NCBI GenBank assembly: GCA_964422025.1
Contig: CAYQYZ010000002.1
Location: 67,765-131,764, forward strand
Source: an uncultured Gammaproteobacteria bacterium
GTDB taxonomy: Bacteria; Patescibacteriota; Microgenomatia; UBA1406; HO2-37-13b
Direction of reading: 5' to 3'
Length of the DNA: 64,000 nt
Shown here: piece by piece, positions 45,655 through 53,716 of the stretch
Layout of the letters: each line of letters starts with the position of its first letter
Numbering within the stretch: position 1 is the stretch's first letter
Notes under the pieces: model-generated
Database searches by the model: none
What the model saw: only the letters and a program-made list of their open reading frames with translations
Told to the model about the DNA's origin: nothing
Position numbers and translations under genes: made by a program

Positions 45655-46344
45655 ATGGCAAAGTCGAGTGAAAAAATTAAGGCTCGGGATTTTAGAAAAG
45701 AAGGGAAGAGTATAAAAGAAATCGCACAATTGCTCCAAGTTTCCGCAGGAACAGTGAGTGTTTGGTGTTCAGATATTACACTGACTCCTGCTCAGAACGA
45801 AATATTAGCTCTAAGAATGACTGATCCTCACTATGGAAAACGCGCAATGTATTTAAAAAAAATTAAGAGCGACACCCTAGATAAGATTGAATTGCTTAAA
45901 AAAGAGGGTGTTGGCGAGATTGGTACATTACAGGAGAGGGACTTATTTATAGCGGGTGTTGCATTATATTGGGCGGAGGGGTTCAAAAAAGATAAACAAA
46001 TTGGATTTGCTAACCTTGACCCAAAAATGATTAACTTCTTTATAAAGTGGCTTGAAGTTAGTCTTGGCGTAAAAAAAGAAAACATTTCTGCTCGTGTTGT
46101 CATAAATGAATCTTACAGTGATAAAATTGATGAAATACAAGAGTACTGGTCAAATATGATAGGAATTCCACCTTCTAACTTCCAAAAGCCTACGTTTCAA
46201 AAAGTAACATGGAAAAAAGAATATGCAAATAAAAATGAATACAAGGGAGTATTGCGCATTAGAGTGGCCAAAAGCTTGCCGCTACTACGCAAGATATTTG
46301 GATATATTGAAGGACTTCACGCATCAAAAAGTTATTTAGTATAA
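45655..46344 (+). CDS. HTH domain plus LAGLIDADG-like homing-endonuclease-like protein (free-standing)
   Basis: 229 aa. N-terminal HTH (GKSIKEIAQLLQVSAGTVSVW). LFIAGVALYWAEGFK resembles the LAGLIDADG/..DAEGS motif and is followed by a beta-rich core. Divergent from the intron-bearing tRNA. Confidence 0.45.
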   Translation: MAKSSEKIKARDFRKEGKSIKEIAQLLQVSAGTVSVWCSDITLTPAQNEILALRMTDPHYGKRAMYLKKIKSDTLDKIELLKKEGVGEIGTLQERDLFIAGVALYWAEGFKKDKQIGFANLDPKMINFFIKWLEVSLGVKKENISARVVINESYSDKIDEIQEYWSNMIGIPPSNFQKPTFQKVTWKKEYANKNEYKGVLRIRVAKSLPLLRKIFGYIEGLHASKSYLV

Positions 46345-46351
46345 TTACTTC

Positions 46352-47287
46352 ATGCAGCGAGAAAAATTCTTGGTCTCTATAATTGTACCGGCATATAATG
46401 AATCGGTTGGGATTTCCGCGTTTTTAGAAAAACTTACGGGCGTTTTAACTCACATTCCCCATGAAATTCTTTTTATTGATGACGGATCGACAGATGACAC
46501 TCTTTCGAAACTAACCTCGTACGCACAAAAAAACAAGCACATAAAAATAGTCTCATTTTCTCGTAATTTTGGGCACCAAATGGCCCTTTCGGCCGGATAT
46601 GAGTTTGCCAAAGGCGATTGTATGGTAAGTATTGACGCGGACATGCAGGACCCACCCGAGCTTATTCCAGAACTGATCCACAAATGGCAAGCTGGGGCTG
46701 ACATTGTATATGCCAAACGCTCTGCACGACGCGAAACACTCTTTAAGCGCGCAACCGCTAGTATGTTTTATCGATTCTTGAATACATTTTCAGAAGTTCC
46801 CGTTCCGGTCGATGTAGGCGATTTCAGATTGATTGACAAGTCGGTAGCACAATTACTCGTAAATCTTCCTGAAAAATCACGTTTTTTACGAGGACTCGTA
46901 GCGTGGGGAGGGTTTAAAACCGACACGGTAACATTTACCCGTCACAAACGTCAATTTGGAAACACGCACTATCCATTCTTTAAAATGTTTAACTTAGCCA
47001 TCGACGGCATGGTTTCATTTTCTACCAAGCCGCTTAAAATAGCTTCGTATTTAGGCATATTTACGTCACTTTTCGGCTTTGTGGGTATAATTTATGCCCT
47101 CGCTCGCCGGTTTTTCTTACCGCATGAATTCTGGATAACTGGTTGGACGGCACTTTTTGTTTCTATTATGTTCTTTGGGGGCATTCAGCTGATGACCATG
47201 GGAATCATTGGAGAATATGTTGGTAAGATTTATAAAGAAGTACAAGGTCGACCAATGTTTCTAGTGAAGAAAAAAATTAATGTATGA
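46352..47287 (+). CDS. Polyprenol-phosphate glycosyltransferase (GT2, DPM1/GtrB/ArnC-like)
   Basis: 311 aa. IIVPAYNES, IDDGSTDDT and IDADMQDPPE motifs. Two C-terminal TM helices. Confidence 0.85.
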   Translation: MQREKFLVSIIVPAYNESVGISAFLEKLTGVLTHIPHEILFIDDGSTDDTLSKLTSYAQKNKHIKIVSFSRNFGHQMALSAGYEFAKGDCMVSIDADMQDPPELIPELIHKWQAGADIVYAKRSARRETLFKRATASMFYRFLNTFSEVPVPVDVGDFRLIDKSVAQLLVNLPEKSRFLRGLVAWGGFKTDTVTFTRHKRQFGNTHYPFFKMFNLAIDGMVSFSTKPLKIASYLGIFTSLFGFVGIIYALARRFFLPHEFWITGWTALFVSIMFFGGIQLMTMGIIGEYVGKIYKEVQGRPMFLVKKKINV

Positions 47288-47433
47288 AGCTTCTTGGATA
47301 CATATTTATCGCAATCGGATTTGGAATTCTCGTCTTTGTTAGTTATGTATTCTTTACTAAAGATAACGGACTTGTTTCGCCAGTACCCGATGCGGGTGGT
47401 GTAAAAGTAATTCAGCTATCTCCGGCTCCTTAA
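47284..47433 (+). CDS. Putative 49-aa membrane protein translationally coupled to the GT2 gene
   Basis: ATGA overlap with the GT2 stop. MKLLGYIFIAIGFGILVFVSYVFF.. has one TM segment. Below the ORF-track cutoff; my own translation. Confidence 0.35.
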   Translation: MKLLGYIFIAIGFGILVFVSYVFFTKDNGLVSPVPDAGGVKVIQLSPAP

Positions 47434-47910
47434 TCAAATGGGTGTGGGTCTTGGTCTGCGTGAATCAATGGTTGGGATTGGTGTCATTCTTTCAAAACGT
47501 CGTCTTGGAGTTGGGGTCGGCATGGGCGAAACACCATATTCAGGGATCTGGAATTTAAATAAATTATATTCTCTATTGTCTCTACCTCCAAGAAACAACG
47601 CCTGGAGGACGGTAAGAAACAGATAGGAGCCTAGAAACAGAAATGTTCCAATGAACGCAAATTTCAGCGTACTTTGTGCCCCCGCAAGTTTTTCGGCTTC
47701 TCCGCCGGAAGTAAGATATTTAAATGCTCCCACAATAAGCATGATGAACAATACGAGTAATACGAGAGAGGAGGATATGGTGAGTAAGCGTTCGAAAATT
47801 ACTTCTGCGCATCTAATAGTGACTATATCCCTCACTCCATCTTCTCCGGCAACAACACAAGCGCTTGTGGCAAGCGAAGCAATTTGCGCATTCACAATAA
47901 ATGAGAGCAT
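47434..47910 (-). CDS. VirB2/TrbC-like (T4SS pilin-like) two-TM protein, paralog 3
   Basis: 158 aa. TM1, then LTSGGEAEKLAGA, then TM2. Pro/Arg-rich tail. Confidence 0.5.
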   Translation of the reverse strand: MLSFIVNAQIASLATSACVVAGEDGVRDIVTIRCAEVIFERLLTISSSLVLLVLFIMLIVGAFKYLTSGGEAEKLAGAQSTLKFAFIGTFLFLGSYLFLTVLQALFLGGRDNREYNLFKFQIPEYGVSPMPTPTPRRRFERMTPIPTIDSRRPRPTPI

Positions 47911-47934
47911 GCATTCAGTATACCATTAATCCGA

Positions 47935-47959
47935 GATCCCGAAACAAGTTCGGGATGAC
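47935..47959 (+). repeat. Family A repeat
   Basis: gatcccgaaacaagttcgggatgac, identical to 7928-7952. Confidence 0.9.
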
Positions 47960-47970
47960 ATGGGTGGTTT

Positions 47971-48579
47971 TTAGAGTCCAGTACCGGGGAGTCTTTGTAA
48001 CCCAGTAGGAGATGGTCTTGTGGATCCTCCATTTGCTCCTGAACCGCTATTTGAGCCACTATTCGATCCTGTTCCACCAGTTGACCCTTGTGAACCACCG
48101 GTTGTGCCTCCCGCGCCTCCACCACCTCCTGTTGAAGTTGATGCGGTAGGTCGTGCAAAAATGTGTGAAGATGTACTTGATCCATTCGATCCACCGGACC
48201 CACCTGATCCTCCAGACCCACCTGATCCTCCCGCGCCTCCGGTACCCTTAGTAGAGTTGAGTAGCGTGGGAATCGAAACTGGGCACGAAAGTCCAAAACA
48301 CATAGTTCCTTTAAATACGATTTGTTCGAGTGTCCAAACAATAGAAAGTGCTACAAGAATCATAAATACGCCAATAATGGCTGCAGTCATACGATCGCGG
48401 GCAGCTTCCACTTTCTCCTTATCTCCACCAGAGAGTACCCACGCTAACGCTCCCCACAGGAGCATAACAAGTGCTGCAATTCCAGCAACCACAAAAAAAC
48501 CTTTTACCATAAAAGTAAGCATTTCTCCGAATGTGGGAATTTGGAAACCTAAAGTCCCTTCATTTACTTGAACATCCAT
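47971..48579 (-). CDS. VirB2/TrbC-like (T4SS pilin-like) protein, paralog 2, with a long Gly/Ser-rich tail
   Basis: 202 aa. FGEMLTF..WGALAWVLSGGDKEKVEAARDRMTAAIIGVFMILVAL core, a CFGLSCPVS motif, a GGSGGSGGSGGS.. tail, and ends ..RLPGTGL. Confidence 0.55.
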   Translation of the reverse strand: MDVQVNEGTLGFQIPTFGEMLTFMVKGFFVVAGIAALVMLLWGALAWVLSGGDKEKVEAARDRMTAAIIGVFMILVALSIVWTLEQIVFKGTMCFGLSCPVSIPTLLNSTKGTGGAGGSGGSGGSGGSGGSNGSSTSSHIFARPTASTSTGGGGGAGGTTGGSQGSTGGTGSNSGSNSGSGANGGSTRPSPTGLQRLPGTGL

Positions 48580-48638
48580 ATAACAATATTACGAAATAAA
48601 AGAAAATAAGGCAAGGAGAAGATTGTTAATAATGGCTC

Positions 48639-49106
48639 TTAGGGAGTACAGGTTGGGCCAGGAGAACTGGTTGGCGTCCCTGCACCAGGGACGGCTGGAT
48701 TAAGCAATGTTGGCAAGCTCACTGGGCACGATAACCCGAAACATATAGTTTGCTTGAATACGATCTGCTCAAGAGTCCAGATGATTGCCAAAGCAACCAA
48801 AATCATGAATACACCAATGATTGCAGCAGTAATTCGATCACGAGCACCTTCGACTTTTTCTTTATCGCCACCTGAAAGAACCCATGCAAGCGCTCCCCAC
48901 AGGAGCATAAGTAAAGCCGCGAGTCCCGCAACGACAAAGAAGCCTTTAACTAAAAAGGTAAGCATTTCTCCAAAACTTGGTATGGCAAATCCTAATGCAC
49001 TTTCATCAACTTTTATATCTGCACATGGATAAGCATATGCTACTTTTACAAAAGGGGCGTTTACAATATAGAATAGTTTTTCTCCGACGGTACTAATTAC
49101 ATCCAT
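48639..49106 (-). CDS. VirB2/TrbC-like (T4SS pilin-like) protein, paralog 1
   Basis: 155 aa. The core is nearly identical to 47971-48579 (WGALAWVLSGGDKEKVEGARDRITAAIIGVFMILVAL; CFGLSCPVS). Confidence 0.55.
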   Translation of the reverse strand: MDVISTVGEKLFYIVNAPFVKVAYAYPCADIKVDESALGFAIPSFGEMLTFLVKGFFVVAGLAALLMLLWGALAWVLSGGDKEKVEGARDRITAAIIGVFMILVALAIIWTLEQIVFKQTICFGLSCPVSLPTLLNPAVPGAGTPTSSPGPTCTP

Positions 49107-49157
49107 AAATAACAGTATAGATAAAAATAATACGTTGTCAATGGGTAATTTGGGAAT

Positions 49158-49186
49158 TTGACATAATCGCTCAAATATGGTATACT
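49158..49186 (+). promoter_or_regulatory. Sigma70-like promoter TTGACA-17-TATACT
   Basis: ttgacataatcgctcaaatatggtatact, 10 nt before ATG 49197. Confidence 0.5.
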
Positions 49187-49196
49187 ACAGGACTAT

Positions 49197-49664
49197 ATGG
49201 ATAACTTACGACGCATCATATCGCTCTTTGTGGGACTAATAGTAGTCCTTCTTCTCATTTCTTATGCCTTTGGCAAGTTGGGTTTTTACGACAAAAAAAC
49301 AACTGCATCTAAAAATGGTGGGGCTTTGGCTGGCCTTTTTGGAAAAAAAGACGGAACAGTAACACCAACACCAAACGCTTCTAAAAAAGTCACTATTAAA
49401 CAAATAGTCGATAATGATTCGTCAAAAGTACGAACTATTGAGAATGGTAACGATGCTCAAATTGTGGCTCCAACCATGGCTCCAGCTGCAGCTACTATTA
49501 AAGTAGCCGCTCCTACAAAAACTGTTTATATTACTAATACCAAAGGTGGCTTAAAAACAACCGAAACTATTCAAACAATTCCAAGTGCTGGTGCAGAAAC
49601 CGCACTCTTGCCGTTACTCGCTTCTGCCTTATTCGGCGGCGTGTACTTACGTAGAAAATCCTAA
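49197..49664 (+). CDS. Hypothetical surface protein with a C-terminal IPSAG + TM + RRKS sorting-like signal
   Basis: 155 aa. N-terminal TM segment. Ends ..IQTIPSAGAETALLPLLASALFGGVYLRRKS. Confidence 0.6.
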   Translation: MDNLRRIISLFVGLIVVLLLISYAFGKLGFYDKKTTASKNGGALAGLFGKKDGTVTPTPNASKKVTIKQIVDNDSSKVRTIENGNDAQIVAPTMAPAAATIKVAAPTKTVYITNTKGGLKTTETIQTIPSAGAETALLPLLASALFGGVYLRRKS

Positions 49665-49670
49665 TACAGA

Positions 49671-49696
49671 GATCCTTCGCTCTCGCTCAGGATGAC
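49671..49696 (+). repeat. Family B repeat
   Basis: gatccttcgctctcgctcaggatgac. Confidence 0.85.
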
Positions 49697-49716
49697 AACT
49701 GCTATAATGAATCTAT

Positions 49717-51399
49717 ATGCGCAGATTTCTGGCTCTATTGTTGACTCTTTTTGTGTGCTTTGGCTTGGCCACCACTATTCGTGCCGATGAAATTGATGAT
49801 ATTAATAGTCAACTAGGCAAACTCAAGAGCGACTTAGAAGCTTCCCAAAAAGCCACTAAGCCCCTGGAATCAGACATGATCAAACTCCAAGCCCAATTAG
49901 ATGGGATAAAGGGGCGATTAACCACCATTGAAAACGATATTGTAAAAAAAGAAGCCGCGGTTAAAAAAGGTGAAGAAGCGCTTGTTGCCCAGAAAAAAAT
50001 TCTGGACAAACGAATTAATCTATACTATCGAAATGTTAAAAAGGCTGAAGTTTCCCTCCTTACGCTTCTGGCTTCCGACAATCTTTCTGTTTCCCTAAAA
50101 AACTTTTTCTATCAGAAGACGATTGCTGATAAGGACAAGCAAACAATCATTAACTTAATTGTATATATAACTGGGCTTGAAGAAAGTAAAAAGACACTTG
50201 AAAGCGAACGTTCGCGGCTTGCAGTAGCAAAAAAAACGGTCGATACACAGTCTACTTTCCTTTCTGGAGAAGTTTCAAAAGCTAAAAAATACCAAAATGA
50301 GCTTTCTGGTAAAATTGCTTCCCTTTCTGCTCGACAGCAGAGCTTGGTTGCTTCCAAACTTGCGGGTTTAGGAATTCCCCGTTCGGCCGGATCATCAGGT
50401 GGCCGATGTTCAAGCGACTTAACAAATGGGAAATCGCCCGGATTTTCACCTGCGATCGGGTTTTTTACGTATGGGGCCCCTCACAGAAATGGTTTGAATC
50501 AATATGGAGCGTATGCACGGGCTAAAGCCGGACAATCAGATGAGCAAATCATATCGGAATATTATCCACAATTTTCACTTAAGAAAGATTACGATCAGAA
50601 TGCCCAGGTTAATGTAGATGGTCACGGCACGTTTTCTATTGAAGATTATGTAAAGCGAATTTGGGAAGTTCCTAATTCATGGGGCGATGATGGAGGGATG
50701 GCCGCCCTGAGAGCGCAGGCTGTGGCAGCTCGAACGTATGCGCTTAATTCTATGCAACGAAACGGACATATTTGTACCACGGAAGCGTGTCAAGTATTTA
50801 AACCTGAACCAAAAGGTGGTAATTGGGAAGCGGCAGTAGAAGCCACCAAAGGATGGGTAATTATGGATGGCGGAAATCCGGGATTCACCCAATACGCATC
50901 GACTCACGGTGGATATATTATGAATCTAGGGAAGTTTGACGGAAGCGGAGGAAATCCGGGAAGCTTTGCAGAATTAAATGAACGTGCGTACGACAAAGCC
51001 TCACCATGGTTTTATTGCAATTGGGGATCACGAAGTCAGTACGGTGGAACTGCGTGGCTAAAAAGTGAAGAGGTTGCTGACATTGCCAATGTAATTTTAC
51101 TCGCGCGATACTCAGATGTTGATAAGGAGCACTTGTATCAAGTCGATGGGCCTAATCCCGCAGGAAAAGAAACGTGGGACGGCGCTCGGGTAATCCAAGA
51201 GCTTCGCAACCGCGGAGGCAGTCCTGTAGGCGACGGAACAAACGTTTCAGTATCGCCTGACTTTGGATCAGGAAAAACAAGTTCAATTAGTGTTGGGGGA
51301 ACAACATTCAGCGGAAGCGAGTTTAAGGATTGGTTTAACCTGCGTGCCCCGGCCAATATCCAGATTGTAGGGCCGTTGTATAATGTGGAGAAGAAATAA
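49717..51399 (+). CDS. Secreted SpoIID/LytB-domain peptidoglycan-remodelling protein with an N-terminal coiled coil
   Basis: 560 aa. Signal peptide, a CwlO/PcsB-like coiled coil, and ALRAQAVAARTYAL..CTTEACQVF (SpoIID signature). Confidence 0.8.
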   Translation: MRRFLALLLTLFVCFGLATTIRADEIDDINSQLGKLKSDLEASQKATKPLESDMIKLQAQLDGIKGRLTTIENDIVKKEAAVKKGEEALVAQKKILDKRINLYYRNVKKAEVSLLTLLASDNLSVSLKNFFYQKTIADKDKQTIINLIVYITGLEESKKTLESERSRLAVAKKTVDTQSTFLSGEVSKAKKYQNELSGKIASLSARQQSLVASKLAGLGIPRSAGSSGGRCSSDLTNGKSPGFSPAIGFFTYGAPHRNGLNQYGAYARAKAGQSDEQIISEYYPQFSLKKDYDQNAQVNVDGHGTFSIEDYVKRIWEVPNSWGDDGGMAALRAQAVAARTYALNSMQRNGHICTTEACQVFKPEPKGGNWEAAVEATKGWVIMDGGNPGFTQYASTHGGYIMNLGKFDGSGGNPGSFAELNERAYDKASPWFYCNWGSRSQYGGTAWLKSEEVADIANVILLARYSDVDKEHLYQVDGPNPAGKETWDGARVIQELRNRGGSPVGDGTNVSVSPDFGSGKTSSISVGGTTFSGSEFKDWFNLRAPANIQIVGPLYNVEKK

Positions 51400-51460
51400 A
51401 CGCTCAAATCCATATTGATTTTATAAAAGGGATTCGGTATGATGAGTATCCGTTGTTAGA

Positions 51461-51504
51461 GATCCTGAAACAAGTTCAGGATGACAAGATAAATTCGGGA
51501 TGAC
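51461..51504 (+). repeat. Family A repeat plus a partial second copy
   Basis: gatcctgaaacaagttcaggatgac, then attcgggatgac. Confidence 0.85.
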
Positions 51505-51514
51505 ATAAAATAAT

Positions 51515-51841
51515 ATGGTTAAACAAATAACATCTGCAGAATTTCAGAAAGAAGTATTAGAAAGCAAAACGCCTGTTTTTGTGGATTTTTTTGCCGAATG
51601 GTGTGGCCCATGCAAAATTACAGAACCTATTATTGAAGAACTTTCAGAATTACCCGAATATAAAGATAAAATTTCATTCATCAAAATTGATGTCGATGAA
51701 AACAATGATTTAGCCCAACAATTCAACGTATTCTCAATTCCAACTTTCATGTCGTTTAAAGGCGGAGAGCCCGCGAACTCCATAGTCGGCGCTCGTGACA
51801 AAGGTGGATTTAAAAGCGAGATCGATAAACTTCTTACTTAA
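51515..51841 (+). CDS. trxA: Thioredoxin
   Basis: 108 aa with the WCGPCK active site. Confidence 0.9.
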   Translation: MVKQITSAEFQKEVLESKTPVFVDFFAEWCGPCKITEPIIEELSELPEYKDKISFIKIDVDENNDLAQQFNVFSIPTFMSFKGGEPANSIVGARDKGGFKSEIDKLLT

Positions 51842-52289
51842 TAGTAACTCGCGTAACCTTTCCATGAATAGTTTTGATCTTCAAATGAGCTTTTCTAAGC
51901 ATATATAAACAAATTTCTGCAATCCAGCGAATTCCTGAAGAAACAGGTTTCTTGAGTGCCGCAGGGATTTGCCCATCGGGTAGTGGAAGCTCTAAGACTG
52001 GTTCATTAGCCGACACAACGGCTGGCGCAACTTGTACCCCCGCCGCGGCAACGTCGGCTGGAATGACAGGCACTTGGGTATGAATTTGTACGTAATCCTG
52101 CACTGTGGGCTGCTTAGGTTGTTCGTTTTTTGCTGCTTCCTTAATTTCAGCAATAGGTTTTGATTCAATGATTCGTCCCCCGACTGGTTCCGTTTTCTCT
52201 ACGGAGCCGGTGGAGATTGGATTAGTAGGAGGTTGCACTGGAGCTAGTTGATTGAGTAAAAAATCGATAGACGTAAAATTCGGGTTCAT
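51834..52289 (-). CDS. Hypothetical protein, second gene downstream of the cobalamin riboswitch
   Basis: 151 aa. Pro/Val/Ala-rich with a basic amphipathic C-terminus (IRWIAEICLYMLRKAHLKIK). Lies 24 nt after the 426-aa ORF. Confidence 0.5.
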   Translation of the reverse strand: MNPNFTSIDFLLNQLAPVQPPTNPISTGSVEKTEPVGGRIIESKPIAEIKEAAKNEQPKQPTVQDYVQIHTQVPVIPADVAAAGVQVAPAVVSANEPVLELPLPDGQIPAALKKPVSSGIRWIAEICLYMLRKAHLKIKTIHGKVTRVTIK

Positions 52290-52313
52290 ATATTGAGTAT
52301 ACAGGAGAATTAA

Positions 52314-53594
52314 TCAACAATTATATGGTGCCTCTGCTTTACATTCAGGACAATGAATCTTGCCATTTTGAATTCGTGCTTTAATGTTTTTCGCTTTGCA
52401 CATGGGACATTCTTTACATAAAAGCGTATCTGAGCCGGCTGTTTTAGACATAGATTCTCCATCTTGCAAGCTTGCAGAAATAGTGTTTGATGATGAGGCT
52501 GTTGGACATGATATACCCCCAAACACCCGAGGGTCTTCTTGTTGTTTGTAAAAAGCGATGCGCTGATCTTGTGACATAGGCGGAAGCTCAAAAACTTGTA
52601 CTTTGTCGCCGTTGTTTCTGTGCTTGTATTTTGTATACAACTCATTCGCGCGTACGTAAATTCCATTTCGAAGTGCTTCGGTAGTCTTGAGAACTTCTGC
52701 ACCCTCAGGACCTAGATTCATAAGATTATGGCGGGCCAATTCCCGAATCATTCTTTTGTATGTACTAATATCTTCCGATAGTTGCCAGTCATTTTTAGCC
52801 ATAGCTTGGAGCTCTAAAGAACGAGAGATTTCTTCTTGTCCGATTCCTAAAATATTGAGTGTTGCATCAAGCGTTTGGCGCGAACCATCGGTGAGTGCAA
52901 TGGGGCGGGTAAGCATGTCTCTGTTGGTTTGCATGGAAGGACCTTGAAGTGTGGGTTGACCTGTTAGTCGCTCGATGGCCGTATACTGATCGCGCGCAAC
53001 ATGAAACGGTAGTTGATCACCTTCATGCATAAGATTGATTTGGGTAAACCATTCGCCATCAGCGTCATTTGGATCAACATTGTCATTATTAGTACCATAC
53101 CAGTCTCCTTTTGCGAGAATAAAAGTAAATCGTCGATCAACTTGCGTGCCGTTTCCATCGACTTTTTGGGGAGAAGAAATAACTGCTCCAGCCGCTCCTG
53201 ATCGGAGCATTTCGTGTGCGGCTTCATATCCTTGCGTTTCATAGTCTTCGTTACTTCCCAAACCAAACCGTTGCCGAGCCCGTGCCCACGAAGCTGACAT
53301 GTTGGTTCCTTGGATATCCATGTGTCCTTGCGGAGAAAGTTGACCTAGAAAATAACTAAAGGGAACTCGGAAACTGTGTTCATTGATAAAATTAATTGCA
53401 CTGCGCTCAATGTATTTATCGGCTTGGGCAGGAGTTAAGTGGGGATTATTCTGCAAGAATGCTGCTTCATCAAGTGGTCGCCAGGTATCGTTAATCGATG
53501 CTCCAGTTTCGGGACGTTCGCTCTCTAAAACAGGCTGACGAGAGTAAACAGCAGGTTGTTCGGGATAATAAAGTGCTCTGACTTCTGCGTGCAT
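52314..53594 (-). CDS. Uncharacterised 426-aa soluble protein with a C-terminal zinc ribbon; first gene downstream of the cobalamin riboswitch
   Basis: Long ORF with no TM segment or signal peptide. The C-terminus is CKECPMC-x15-CPEC. I recognise no family. Confidence 0.8.
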   Translation of the reverse strand: MHAEVRALYYPEQPAVYSRQPVLESERPETGASINDTWRPLDEAAFLQNNPHLTPAQADKYIERSAINFINEHSFRVPFSYFLGQLSPQGHMDIQGTNMSASWARARQRFGLGSNEDYETQGYEAAHEMLRSGAAGAVISSPQKVDGNGTQVDRRFTFILAKGDWYGTNNDNVDPNDADGEWFTQINLMHEGDQLPFHVARDQYTAIERLTGQPTLQGPSMQTNRDMLTRPIALTDGSRQTLDATLNILGIGQEEISRSLELQAMAKNDWQLSEDISTYKRMIRELARHNLMNLGPEGAEVLKTTEALRNGIYVRANELYTKYKHRNNGDKVQVFELPPMSQDQRIAFYKQQEDPRVFGGISCPTASSSNTISASLQDGESMSKTAGSDTLLCKECPMCKAKNIKARIQNGKIHCPECKAEAPYNC

Positions 53595-53619
53595 ATAATT
53601 TCCCTGCTCGGGGTGTGAT

Positions 53620-53707
53620 CGAAGGTTGGTATTCGGACTTGTTCCTGTGGAAGGAACTTACCGTTGCGGCACAGCTTAGGATTTTCACCTAATTCCCACA
53701 ACCTTCG
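53620..53707 (-). promoter_or_regulatory. Cobalamin riboswitch aptamer (compact, class II / variant-like)
   Basis: The minus strand reads CGAAGGUUG-UGGGAAUUAGGUGAAAAUCCUAAGCUGUGCCGCAACGGUAAG..CACAGGAACAAGUCCGAAUACCAACCUUCG. It has a 9-bp P1, the GGUGAAAAUCC and CCGCAACGGUAAG core, and a B12-box-like AAGUCCGAAUACC. Confidence 0.75.
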
Positions 53708-53716
53708 TTTTAGTAA

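Noticed and set aside
45300-45671. 123-aa track ORF on the plus strand
   Set aside because: It lies entirely over the antisense of the tRNA(CAU)/group I intron and its promoter. It has no motif, and the RNA gene explains the region better.
47971-47995. Terminal LPGTG (..RLPGTGL*) of the Gly/Ser-tailed pilin-like protein as a sortase signal
   Set aside because: No hydrophobic segment or basic tail follows the motif, because the protein ends one residue later. It cannot be a canonical sorting signal and is probably coincidental.
52310-52702. 130-aa track ORF overlapping the 3' part of the 426-aa gene in another frame (similarly 52964-53266 and 13103-13555 inside metG)
   Set aside because: These are fully nested in longer, better-supported ORFs on the same strand, with an odd composition (Cys/His/Lys-rich junk) and no independent start signals.
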